Positions 16,668 to 26,611 of a DNA stretch of 51,451 nucleotides are shown one piece after another. Position numbers and translations under genes: made by a program. This stretch comes from an uncultured Clostridium sp. (GTDB lineage Bacteria > Bacillota > Clostridia > TANB77 > CAG-508), in NCBI GenBank assembly GCA_946578345.1, contig CAMOBD010000003.1, positions 1 to 51,451 on the forward strand, in the 5' to 3' direction. The stretch's first letter is position 1; the number at the start of each line of letters is the position of its first letter. The notes beneath the pieces were generated by a model. That model did not search any database, was not told the DNA's origin, and was given only the letters and a program-made list of their open reading frames with translations.

Positions 16668-18062
16668 TTATTTTGAAATTTGTCCTTTTCGCTCTACTTT
16701 TTGTTTTTGTGTTTGCTTTATTTCTTGAACAACATTATTTATTTCTTGCAATCCTATTCTTTGTGTATCGTGTTCGATTGTACTTGGTGTTATTAAACGT
16801 TCATCATTTTCTCCATTTTCTTGTAAAGTATTTTCTAATTTTTTTACTTGCTCAATACCCAATGACTCTCTTGACATTCCTTCAGCAAATTCTAATACAC
16901 TATTATATGGTTTTACACTACTTTGAACAGTTTTTAAAAAATCTGTATTTTGTATTTTTTCTGCAAACTCTTTTCCATAAATTTTTTCTATCACTTGTGC
17001 GTCTCTTTGAATTTCTTGTTCTACTGTTTCTAATTGTTGAGCTTTATTTCTATTCTTATACATTAAAACATAAGGATACATCATTCCTCTTATTTTTATA
17101 ATTCCCATATCTTCTTTTGAAAAATGTTCTATATTATTCCAAACCGTTTCATTAGCCTCTGTATGTAGTAATTCATTATCTTTAATTCCTAACTCTTGTA
17201 AATCATCAGTTTTAAGTGTTCTATTTTTATATGGTATTTTTCCTGTATGAAATACACTTTGAAAGCAATTTGAATGATTTGCTATGCCTATTCCCATTTC
17301 TCCATTTGCCAATAATTCAATAATGGTATGTTTTAAGTGTGAATCTAGTTCTCTTTGCATTGGATTTTTAAAATCTTCTTTGCTCCTTGTTGGTATATCT
17401 GCGTGCATTTTTTCGTGAAATAGTATTACACTTTCTATTCCTTCTGTATATTCCATTCCAAACATTTCTTCAAACTCTTTCTCATCTGTTGGAATAGTAA
17501 ATTGTACTGCAAACTCTCCATTATTATTTTTATCTGATAAGCAACAAGGCTCTATACTAAATAATTCAGGTGTAAATGGCATATATATAATTTTTTTTAC
17601 ATTAGTATTACCTATAATGTCCTCTGCATTTTCTTTATAATTTTGTGTTTGTCCAATAAACCTTTTTTCCATTTCTTTAGAATATTTTTCATTCATTTGT
17701 TCAACTTCTTGGAAAAAATCTGTATCTAATAAATTTTTCATTGCTATTGCCATTTCAGGATTTTTTACTTGTAATTCTTCCATATTTGTTTGTGCAAAAC
17801 TAGCAATATATTCTCCATATTCAGCCCACATATTTTTTTCTTCAGCATTGTTTTTGAAAGTATTAAACTCTTCAAGTCCTTTTTTATTTTCTAAAATTAC
17901 TTTTTTGAAATTATTAAGGCTTTTAGCTAAATATGATACTTTGCTGTTATCTTCATTTATTTTACTTTCTAAACTTTCTATTCTGTATAATATCTGGGAT
18001 AGCAAAAATATTTTATTAGTATTAAATTCTATATCTACCTTTCCAAAATTATAGTTACTCAT
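16668..18062 (-). CDS. hypothetical protein with an HExxH motif
   Basis: 464 aa; LFHEKMH suggests a zincin-like metal site; no other recognisable family. Confidence 0.65.
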   Translation of the reverse strand: MSNYNFGKVDIEFNTNKIFLLSQILYRIESLESKINEDNSKVSYLAKSLNNFKKVILENKKGLEEFNTFKNNAEEKNMWAEYGEYIASFAQTNMEELQVKNPEMAIAMKNLLDTDFFQEVEQMNEKYSKEMEKRFIGQTQNYKENAEDIIGNTNVKKIIYMPFTPELFSIEPCCLSDKNNNGEFAVQFTIPTDEKEFEEMFGMEYTEGIESVILFHEKMHADIPTRSKEDFKNPMQRELDSHLKHTIIELLANGEMGIGIANHSNCFQSVFHTGKIPYKNRTLKTDDLQELGIKDNELLHTEANETVWNNIEHFSKEDMGIIKIRGMMYPYVLMYKNRNKAQQLETVEQEIQRDAQVIEKIYGKEFAEKIQNTDFLKTVQSSVKPYNSVLEFAEGMSRESLGIEQVKKLENTLQENGENDERLITPSTIEHDTQRIGLQEINNVVQEIKQTQKQKVERKGQISK

Positions 18063-18080
18063 AATTTATCCTTTTACTAA

Positions 18081-18533
18081 TTACTTTTTTAAAAATTGCA
18101 TAATTCTATCTAAAATTTTCCTAAATATATTTTTCTCTTTGTATTCAATCAATTCTGTCTTTTCCTGCTTAAAATCATTATTTTGTTCTACTTTTTCTCT
18201 CTTTTTAAATAAGTTATCTGGATTATATCTTTCTCTCATTTCTGCCTCTATTTTTTTGTCATTTTCAGAATACATTTTTAACAGTTCTTTTTTTTCATTT
18301 TCATCTTTACACCAATAGTTTAAATTTAACATTGCTAATAATGCCAATGTTTTTCTCTGCAAATTTTGTTCTGCTAAAGATATATTAGGATTTATATTAG
18401 GCTGATAATTCTTATCTTTTTCTTCATTAAATAATTCTAATAATTTTTTTGGTATCATATCAATATATTTTTGTTCCATATATGATAAAATCAATAAAAC
18501 TTCTGCGTATGCTTTTGATAAACTATCCTCCAT
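18081..18533 (-). CDS. hypothetical protein, paralog of 15414-15863
   Basis: ATG 18533 after GGAGG; AYAEV..IPKK..QNLQRKT..NYWC..YNPDNLFK. Confidence 0.8.
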   Translation of the reverse strand: MEDSLSKAYAEVLLILSYMEQKYIDMIPKKLLELFNEEKDKNYQPNINPNISLAEQNLQRKTLALLAMLNLNYWCKDENEKKELLKMYSENDKKIEAEMRERYNPDNLFKKREKVEQNNDFKQEKTELIEYKEKNIFRKILDRIMQFLKK

Positions 18534-18755
18534 TTTTCCTCCGTAAAACAAATATATTTTTTCAAAAATATTATATCAAATCAAATTAAAAATCACAATA
18601 ATTTTTATTGATTTACAAATTTCATATTTTATCTCTTATAAAACGAACTAATGACTAACTATTTCTAGTTAGCCACCAACATAGCAATCTTTCAATTACT
18701 TTCTAAGACTATGATACTATATTTTATGCTAAAATTCAACGATTTTGCTCATTTA

Positions 18756-20108
18756 TCACAACAATCCTGTCATATACACGGGAATATATAATATTCTGTC
18801 TTCTTCTTTTAAGTCTTTTGTATGAATTATTATTGACTCTCCTAAGTAATCCTTATATTTATTATTTAACTTTGTAAGTGAAGAGAATGTGTATCTCTCC
18901 CCAGATTTAACTTCTATTGGTATAATATTATGTTTTGATGTTACTTTATTTGAAGAAATTAAGAAGTCAATCTTCATTGTTTCAGCTGAATTTTCTCTAT
19001 CATTCCTTGAAAAGAAATATAGTTTTCTGCCATTTGCTACTAACATTTGAGATACCATATTCTCCAAAATCATTCCTTCATTAAATGATAGTTTATCAAA
19101 TAATATTTTTTTATAAATTTCCTCACTTATAATAGCTTTTTCATTAAATGTCATAGATAAAAGCAGTCCTGTATCAAATAAATAGCATTTAAGACTATTA
19201 TTATCTATTCTTTGTCCTAGTCCAATATTTGGCTCAGTTGTATTGTATGCAATATTAATTAAACATGCATCTGATAACCAATAAAAAGCTCCTTCAAAAT
19301 TTCTATATCTAGCATTTTCATCTAGAGAAGAAATATTAAATTTTTTCTCATGTTTTTGAAGTTGAGATGGAATTGTATCAACTATTTGCTCAACTTTTAG
19401 ATTTAGCTCGTCTGAATATTTTCTAATATCTTCCCTGTATAAATTTAAAATATTTCTTTTTATCTTATCAGTCCTTTCAAAATCTCTTGATGAGCTATAC
19501 TCTAAAACCGCTTGTGGCATTCCTCCAACAATTAGATATTCTTTGAAATAGTCCATTGCCTTTCTATGAAGTGCCTGTCCCATCTCTTTTTTATTTTCGT
19601 AGCATACTTTTATAAAATCCATTAAAGTATCGTTACCCATTGCCCATAAAAATTCCTCAAAATCCATCGGATTCATTTTAATCATTTCTTCTTCTGATGG
19701 AATTAGAATATCTTTAACATTTTTCTTAATTGAAATTAGAGAGCCAGTCTCTATGTAATCATATCTGCCATCAGCAACCAAATGCTTTATAGCCCCTCTC
19801 GCTCTTGGACAAAACTGTATTTCATCAAATATAAATAAGGTATTACGCTCATATAATTTTATACCATAATAATTAGAAATATACGTAAATAAATAATCCA
19901 AGTTATCTAAATAATTATCAAACAATTCTTTTACCTCGTTTGACACTTTTGAAAAATCTATCAATATATAGCTTTTATAATTTTCTTTTGCAAATTCCTC
20001 TACTATATAACTTTTGCCCACACGTCTAGCCCCTTCGACTAGCAATGCAGTTTTTCCTTGACTTTCCTCTTTCCATTTTAATAAATCATTATAGACTTTT
20101 CTTTTCAT
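18756..20108 (-). CDS. AAA_14 ATPase with DUF4143 C-terminal domain
   Basis: GARRVGKS, FDEIQ, ETGS, GGMP, DTGLL, IDF..IEVKSG. Confidence 0.9.
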   Translation of the reverse strand: MKRKVYNDLLKWKEESQGKTALLVEGARRVGKSYIVEEFAKENYKSYILIDFSKVSNEVKELFDNYLDNLDYLFTYISNYYGIKLYERNTLFIFDEIQFCPRARGAIKHLVADGRYDYIETGSLISIKKNVKDILIPSEEEMIKMNPMDFEEFLWAMGNDTLMDFIKVCYENKKEMGQALHRKAMDYFKEYLIVGGMPQAVLEYSSSRDFERTDKIKRNILNLYREDIRKYSDELNLKVEQIVDTIPSQLQKHEKKFNISSLDENARYRNFEGAFYWLSDACLINIAYNTTEPNIGLGQRIDNNSLKCYLFDTGLLLSMTFNEKAIISEEIYKKILFDKLSFNEGMILENMVSQMLVANGRKLYFFSRNDRENSAETMKIDFLISSNKVTSKHNIIPIEVKSGERYTFSSLTKLNNKYKDYLGESIIIHTKDLKEEDRILYIPVYMTGLL

Positions 20109-20145
20109 TAATCAATCTCCTTTTCCAAGATTAATTATATTCTAT

Positions 20146-20234
20146 CACAAAATCAAAAATAATTCAGCCGGTATTTTGCACGAAATCAAGCATAGTTTAG
20201 CCGTTGTTTTACACAAAATCAAAAATAATGTAGC
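20146..20234. repeat. 33-bp tandem repeat array (about 2.7 units) upstream of the second AAA_14/DUF4143 gene
   Basis: CAC(A/G)AAATCAA...AGC units starting at 20146, 20179 and 20212. Confidence 0.75.
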
Positions 20235-20236
20235 AA

Positions 20237-20779
20237 TTAGTTTCTATAAAAATAATCCGCTATTCCGTTATATATTCCCCAAGCAAGTTTGTCTTGGTAT
20301 TCATCTGTCTGTAGTAAACTTTCTTCCTCTGGATTTGATAAAAATCCACATTCTACAATAGTTATTGGAATTTCTACATTTTTCATTAAATACACTGTAT
20401 TAAGCTGTGCTGGTGTTCTGCTATTTTCCTTTTGCATTGCTTCATTTAAGTTATTTTGTATAGTCGTGGCTAGCCTTTTACTTTCTTCATTATTTGTTTT
20501 ATAAAAAGTCTGCCAGCCATCATACTGTGATTGATCTATTTTATTCAAATGTATTGACACAAATATATCTGCACTTGATTCATTTCCAATTTTCACTCTG
20601 TTTTTCATATCAGACACTTTCTTTTCTCTTATTGTATCACTTCCTGCATCATAAATTTCATTTTCATCAGAACGTGTTAAAATCACAGTAGAACCACTTT
20701 GTTCAAGCAATTTTTGTAATTTTAATGCAATTTCAAGATTTATTTGTGCTTCTGTCACTCCATTACTACTTTCCGCACC
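20237..20779 (-). CDS. cwlD: CwlD germination N-acetylmuramoyl-L-alanine amidase, C-terminal part of a split gene
   Basis: GAES..EAQINLEIALKL..LTR..KVSDMKNR..FVSIHLN..GWQTFY..IVECGFLSN.EE; lacks the DAGHG motif, which lies at ~38880. Confidence 0.85.
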   Translation of the reverse strand, partial: GAESSNGVTEAQINLEIALKLQKLLEQSGSTVILTRSDENEIYDAGSDTIREKKVSDMKNRVKIGNESSADIFVSIHLNKIDQSQYDGWQTFYKTNNEESKRLATTIQNNLNEAMQKENSRTPAQLNTVYLMKNVEIPITIVECGFLSNPEEESLLQTDEYQDKLAWGIYNGIADYFYRN

Positions 20780-20848
20780 GTTCATCTGATGGGTGCTTTT
20801 TACTGCATTTTAATATTTAATTAAAAATCTAATTTTAATTAGATTATG

Positions 20849-22366
20849 TTAAAAGTTAAATTCTATCTCAACTTTCTTATCTTCATATACTTCAATTCTG
20901 TTTATTAGTTGCTTTAATATTTCGTTTGTAAATTCTTTACCTTGTTTAAAATCCATAACAATTTTCTTTAAATTTTCTTCTGATATTTTGCTTTTATTCT
21001 TTCCTTGTAATTGTTCTAAAGATTTTTTAGTTTCTTTTAATTTACTTTTGAGTTCATCATAATGCAATTTAAAATCTTCTATTGATATTTTTTCATCTAC
21101 TCTTTTACTATATAATTTTTTCATTTCATTATCTATTTTGGTTTCATTGTTTTTGAGTAGTTGCATTTCTTTATATGTTATATCATTTTTTCTATATTCA
21201 TCAGTAATTTTATTTGTAGCTATATCAATATTTATTGTATTCAATTTTTGTTTTACAGCATTTAATACTATTTCATTTAATGTACTCTCCATAATCGTAT
21301 GTCCTTTATCACATATACTAGGGAATTTATAAAGCATTCTACATTTAAAATACCAACATTTTTGAGGATTATCTAATACCTTATTTCTTATTTTAGTTCT
21401 TGTTCTATATTTGTATTGCATTCTGGATTTACAATGTCCACAATATACTAATCCTTTTAATAAATACTCATATTTATTTTTAGGTTTATAAAACTTTTCT
21501 TCTAATATTTTTTGGACTTTGTCAAATTGTTCTTGTGAAATTATTGCTTCATGTGTATTATCTTTAAAAATCCATTCTTCTTTTGGTGTTTTATATTTTT
21601 TCTTTGTTCTGTAATCTGTATATATTTTATTTATTATCATCTTGCCTGTATAAAATGAATCTCTTAGAATTCTACTTATACTATCACTTCGCCATTCATT
21701 AATTGTTACCTTTTGCCCTTTATATTTCTTTGGTGTATCAATTTTCATTTTAGTTAAATATTTTGCAATTTCTCCTTGTGAATACCCTTGTAAATACATT
21801 TCATATATTAATTTTACATTATCAGCGACCTTTTCATCTATAACTACTTTGTATTTATCTTCTTCATCTTTTTTATATCCATAAGATACATTTTTTTCAA
21901 CATATTTTCCTTGTTTCTTCATATCAGTTTTTACAGATTTTATCTTTTTGGAGATATCTGCAATATAACTTTGATTCATTATTCCTCTTAGCATTATAGT
22001 ATCATCAATTTCATATCTTTCACCACTATCTATAAATTCTGTTACAGAAATTAGTCTAACATCATTATCTGGGAAAAAAACTTCAGTATAATAACCTGTT
22101 TTATTTTTATCTCTAGTTAATCTTGATAAATCTTTAACAATAACCATATCTATTTTTTTTCTTAAAATATCTACTATCATTTTATTTAGAGCTGGTCTTG
22201 AGTTTAAAATGCCTGAATATCCATTATCTACATATTCATTAATTACACTAATATCATGTTTTTTAGCATAGTTTAAAGTAATATCTCTTTGTGCCTCTAT
22301 ACTATTATTCGTATTTGTATCTTCTTTTGATAGTCTTAAATAAATTCCTGCTTTGTATTCTTTCAT
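20849..22366 (-). CDS. large serine recombinase (resolvase, recombinase and Zn-ribbon domains)
   Basis: YLRLSKED, DNGYSG, RPAL, KDLSRLTR, HEAII, LLKGLVYCGHC. Confidence 0.95.
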   Translation of the reverse strand: MKEYKAGIYLRLSKEDTNTNNSIEAQRDITLNYAKKHDISVINEYVDNGYSGILNSRPALNKMIVDILRKKIDMVIVKDLSRLTRDKNKTGYYTEVFFPDNDVRLISVTEFIDSGERYEIDDTIMLRGIMNQSYIADISKKIKSVKTDMKKQGKYVEKNVSYGYKKDEEDKYKVVIDEKVADNVKLIYEMYLQGYSQGEIAKYLTKMKIDTPKKYKGQKVTINEWRSDSISRILRDSFYTGKMIINKIYTDYRTKKKYKTPKEEWIFKDNTHEAIISQEQFDKVQKILEEKFYKPKNKYEYLLKGLVYCGHCKSRMQYKYRTRTKIRNKVLDNPQKCWYFKCRMLYKFPSICDKGHTIMESTLNEIVLNAVKQKLNTINIDIATNKITDEYRKNDITYKEMQLLKNNETKIDNEMKKLYSKRVDEKISIEDFKLHYDELKSKLKETKKSLEQLQGKNKSKISEENLKKIVMDFKQGKEFTNEILKQLINRIEVYEDKKVEIEFNF

Positions 22367-22384
22367 AGTTATTCCATTCTATAA

Positions 22385-23950
22385 CTATACTTTATCAAAA
22401 ACATTATATCTGTAATTAATATAAATATGATTATCCCTGTCTATTTCTATATTGTAAATAATTTCAGATAATTTATCTCTGTTCCAGTTTTCAATATTAG
22501 ATAATTCATTCATAATAGATATTAATTTTTCTTTTGTTATTGTTGGTCTTTTTTCCTTCTCTTTTAAAATCGAATTAAGATTATTCTTTATGTTTGTTCT
22601 TCGTTCTATTTCTGTTTTATAAAATCTTTTATAATCATCAATTTCTATAATATCATTTTTATAATCCTCATATAGCGAAGTTATTGTCTTATCAGTTTTT
22701 TCAAGTTGCTTTTCGAGAATTTTTATATTATCATCATATATCTTTGTACTATTTTCATTATACTGATTTAAAATTAAGTTTTCTAATTTATCGCTTTTAC
22801 TTATTTTGCTTAATTTTTCTTTTACATTTGCTATAACTATTTTTTCAACTATCGTCTCATCAATTGATTTATACTTTCTATTGCAATCAATTGTATTATT
22901 CTTTCTTACAGCTGTTCCACAATATATTTTTTTAGACTTAATATTTCCATCTTTATCTCGAATTACTTTAATTGCCATTTTGGTTCTACATTCTTTGCAA
23001 AATACAATTCCATTTAATTTCCATTCATATTTTCTGTGCCTTGTTTTCTTATGAATACTTAATTTAGTTTGGACTCTTTCAAATTGCTCTTTAGAAATAA
23101 TTGGCTGATGTGTATTTTCTACAATTTGCCATTCTTCTCTTGGTATTATTTTTACTTTTTTAGATTTATAGCTTAGATTAATCTTTTTACCATACTCTGT
23201 ATGTCCAATATAAACTTTGTTTTTTAAGATTCTACTAATAGCCTCATTTCTCCAATTATAATCTCCGTTTTGAGCTCCTCCAAAATCGTAATAATCTGGA
23301 CAATATATTTGTTGTTCTTTTAAATACTTTGCAATATTAGTAATCTTTGTTCCTTCATCATACATATTAAAAATCATTTTTATTACTCTTGATTGTTCTT
23401 TATCTATCTCTAATTTATTTTTATTATCTTTACTTTTTCTATATCCATAAGGAGCTTTTGCTGCTAAATACATTCCTTTTTCTTTTCTAGCCCATACACC
23501 GCTTCTTACTTTTTTTGAAATATCTTTACTATACCAATCATTAATTAGAGTTTTAAATTGTATCATATCATTATTTGAATTTTTTAAATATGTATCTACA
23601 TTATCCAAAATTGAAATATATCTTATATTTTTTTCTAAAAAATATATTTCTATGTAATAGTTAGCTTCAAAACTATTTCTTGAAAGTCTTGATAAGTCTT
23701 TAGTTATAACAGTATTTACCATTCCGTTTTCAATATCAGTGATCATCTTTTTAAATGAAGGTCTATCTGTATTTAAACCAGTATATCCATCATCTATGTA
23801 TAAATCATATAATTCAAATTCTTTTCCCAACTCTTTTATTTTATTTTCTATAATGCTTTTTTGACTAACAATACTATCACTTTCTTCTTTATCACCATCT
23901 TCCTTTGATAATCTTAAATAACCTGCTACTTTATATTTTGTATTTTCCAT
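22385..23950 (-). CDS. large serine recombinase
   Basis: YLRLSKED, DDGYTG, RPSF, KDLSRLSR, APYGY, HQPII, GIVFCKEC. Confidence 0.95.
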   Translation of the reverse strand: MENTKYKVAGYLRLSKEDGDKEESDSIVSQKSIIENKIKELGKEFELYDLYIDDGYTGLNTDRPSFKKMITDIENGMVNTVITKDLSRLSRNSFEANYYIEIYFLEKNIRYISILDNVDTYLKNSNNDMIQFKTLINDWYSKDISKKVRSGVWARKEKGMYLAAKAPYGYRKSKDNKNKLEIDKEQSRVIKMIFNMYDEGTKITNIAKYLKEQQIYCPDYYDFGGAQNGDYNWRNEAISRILKNKVYIGHTEYGKKINLSYKSKKVKIIPREEWQIVENTHQPIISKEQFERVQTKLSIHKKTRHRKYEWKLNGIVFCKECRTKMAIKVIRDKDGNIKSKKIYCGTAVRKNNTIDCNRKYKSIDETIVEKIVIANVKEKLSKISKSDKLENLILNQYNENSTKIYDDNIKILEKQLEKTDKTITSLYEDYKNDIIEIDDYKRFYKTEIERRTNIKNNLNSILKEKEKRPTITKEKLISIMNELSNIENWNRDKLSEIIYNIEIDRDNHIYINYRYNVFDKV

Positions 23951-24123
23951 AATAGTTACTCTCCCTTTCTTTGATTAGAACAAAAGGGACATGATTACAT
24001 TTTTTATATATTAGATTATTAATATGTCCCGTCTTTGTTCGTGTGCCAAATTTCTGAAAGAAATTTGTGTACAATCTCTGAACTAATAGAAAATGGAATT
24101 TTCTATTAGTGATAGTAACTATT
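23951..24123 (-). promoter_or_regulatory. structured 5' leader of the recombinase operon
   Basis: Closing stem AATAGTTACT/AGTAACTATT next to the RBS/ATG, enclosing three hairpins; TATAAT at 24145-24140. Confidence 0.55.
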
Positions 24124-24194
24124 CCTTTATGTAATAGGGATTATACAAAATTTTTTTGATAATATCCAGCATTTTTCAAAATAATTACTATCTT

Positions 24195-24344
24195 TTAATT
24201 AATGCTATTCAGTTTTTGAAGAGCATACCTACTCAGTATGTTGTATATTTTTTCTGTGTCATTATCTTTTTTGGTTCGTGCTATTACAGTATATTCTTGA
24301 TTATCTATGGCATATGTGGTTTTTTCTTCTATATAATCATTCAC
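24195..24344 (-). CDS. small TnpW-like protein (49 aa; not in the ORF track)
   Basis: AGGAG RBS, GTG start; MNDYIEEKTTYAIDNQEYTVIARTKKDNDTEKIYNILSRYALQKLNSIN; upstream of the recombinases. Confidence 0.6.
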   Translation of the reverse strand: MNDYIEEKTTYAIDNQEYTVIARTKKDNDTEKIYNILSRYALQKLNSIN

Positions 24345-24730
24345 ACTAACACCAACTCCTTAATACACCATATTATCAATCTATAAATTTTATTACTTTT
24401 ATTCATTAGTTATAAGTGAATTGTCATTCACATAGGAGATTTGCCCTCCTCTTCTTTTCTAAGAAGCTATCCCTTTACATCATGTTAGCCAGACAGAAGT
24501 TTCATTATATGTCTTATAACTAATTATGATACAAAATATTCTATGTCTTTTTAAATGAGTTATATTTTGTATATTTTTCAATGTGCTATTTTTGACTTTT
24601 ACGGTATTTTGTAATACAATATTGTCAAACAACTTGTAATACAATTATAATTGTTTGATATTAGAAATAACACTATACAACAGGAAAAAATTTTTTATTG
24701 ATTTGTGGTTGTTTGATAGGAGTGTATTTT

Positions 24731-25853
24731 ATGTATTTTTATATTGCTTTTGATAGGAATAGCAATACTGAATTTTTATTATATAGAGATATGATTCATA
24801 AAGATAAAACAAAGGAGACAGAGGAAATTTATTATTCTGAACCTATATTTAGATGTCAAGCTATGCCAATTGGAACATTTCTTTTAAATTTCTTAAATAC
24901 AGATTTTAAAGGTACAGGCATTCGGCAATTTTATTAGAAAATTTTGTTATGCATCTTTATATTGTCCCAAACATCCTGAAAAGATAAAATCTGGAATTAA
25001 TTTTATTAGTCTTGAATTAAACAAAAAAGATTATCTTTTAGGATTATTCGAACTTATGCGTTCTGAAGAAGAACATTTTATTAATGTTCAAAATGTATTT
25101 TTTAAGCATTTGAATTTGCCTTATGATAAATCAATTGTTGATGATATTGACGAAGATTATGATGATATACCTGCTACTCCTGAAGAAATAGAATTTGATA
25201 AAAAGTGGGATGAATATTTTGAGCAGAAAAGTAAGCTAGCCAAAAAAAGACTTGATTTATTTAAGAAAAAATATCCAAAATTATATGATGAATATGAAAA
25301 ACAGCATTATAGTCGTTTACAAAACTATAATGGTTTAGTAAATAATATTATTGAAATTTCTGGATTAATAAATGATTTATCATTAGATTTCACATTTATT
25401 CCCTATTATTTATGTGGATTTAATTTAACTTTGTATAATATACCATATTGTTTTTGCAGTTCTGATGTTATAAGTATTTTAGCAATTGAATTTAAAGAGT
25501 TTATATCAGATAAACGCCATATAATTAAGCAATGTAAAAACTGTGGAAAGTATTTTATTCCAGAAAATTTGAGGGATATTAAATATTGTAATAATATTTT
25601 TAAAGACAATAAGACTTGTAAAGAATTAGGAAAACAAATAAGTTATAAAAAATCATTAAAAGATGATGAATTACTTGATATGTATAGAAAAAGGTATCTT
25701 TCTTTGGCTAGTTCTGTTTCTCATTATGGTACTGAAAAAGCAATTGAAAAGTTTGAGAACTATAAAAAAGAGGGAGCTATTATGAAGAAGAAATATTTAG
25801 ATAAGGAAATTAGTGGAAAAGATCTTAGAAAATGGATTGAAAATACAAAATAA
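24731..25853 (+). CDS. DUF6076-like protein, ~373 aa if read with a +1 shift at CGG 24923
   Basis: AGGAG-ATG 24731; frame 0 stops at 24937; the +1 frame from GGC 24924 is open for 44 codons into ORF 25056-25853, which carries CKNCGKYF..KYC..TC. Confidence 0.7.
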
Positions 25854-25881
25854 TAAATTCAATTGTTGGGAGGAAAATATA

Positions 25882-26508
25882 ATGAATAGAACTTTAATTT
25901 TTGATTTAGATGGAACATTATGGGACACAACTGAACAAGTCACAATAGTTTGGAATAATGTAGCAAAAAAATATAATATAGATATAGAAAATTTTTCTAT
26001 TAAAAGTATTATGGGACTAACTACTTCTGAAATTATATCGGAATTATTTGATAATAATAGTGAAATAGGTAGGTCATTTATAAATGAATGTCAGAAATCA
26101 GAAAATGAATATTTATCTATGTATGGTGGAAATATATATATTAATACTATCTCTACTATAAAAAAACTAGCCCAAAAATTTGATTTATATATTGTAAGCA
26201 ATTGCCAGGATGGGTATATTCAATCTTTTTTAAATTTCTATGATTTAAAAAATTTTTTTAAAGATTATGAATGTTCTGGTAAGACAAATCTTACAAAAGT
26301 AGATAATCTCAAACTACTTATGAAGAGAAATAATATAGACCATTCTATTTATATAGGCGATACTGAAAAAGATTACTGCTCTGCTATTAATTCAAATAAT
26401 AAATTCATATGGGCTACTTATGGTTTTGGAGTATGCAAAAATTATGATTATTCTATAAATGATATTTCAGAATTATTGACCATTTTGCAAAATAAGAACC
26501 TAACCTGA
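25882..26508 (+). CDS. HAD-family hydrolase (phosphoglycolate phosphatase-like)
   Basis: FDLDGTLWD, IVSN, K, YIGDT..D; RBS GGGAGG. Confidence 0.9.
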   Translation: MNRTLIFDLDGTLWDTTEQVTIVWNNVAKKYNIDIENFSIKSIMGLTTSEIISELFDNNSEIGRSFINECQKSENEYLSMYGGNIYINTISTIKKLAQKFDLYIVSNCQDGYIQSFLNFYDLKNFFKDYECSGKTNLTKVDNLKLLMKRNNIDHSIYIGDTEKDYCSAINSNNKFIWATYGFGVCKNYDYSINDISELLTILQNKNLT

Positions 26509-26562
26509 CATAGCAATCAAGGATTACAATCTAAGTAACCAAGAACATTGTCTATAACAATA

Positions 26563-26603
26563 AAAAAGTGATATCTATTATATGTAATATAGTATCACTT
26601 TTT
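26563..26603. terminator. bidirectional terminator
   Basis: AAAAAGTGATA...TATCACTTTTT between the convergent HAD and NUDIX genes. Confidence 0.65.
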
Positions 26604-26611
26604 CTATCTCT

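Noticed and set aside
20237-20785. Stand-alone 182-aa amidase starting at ATG 20785
   Set aside because: No RBS, the ATG lies inside the att core, and the protein would lack the DAGHG zinc ligand; better explained as the 3' half of cwlD.
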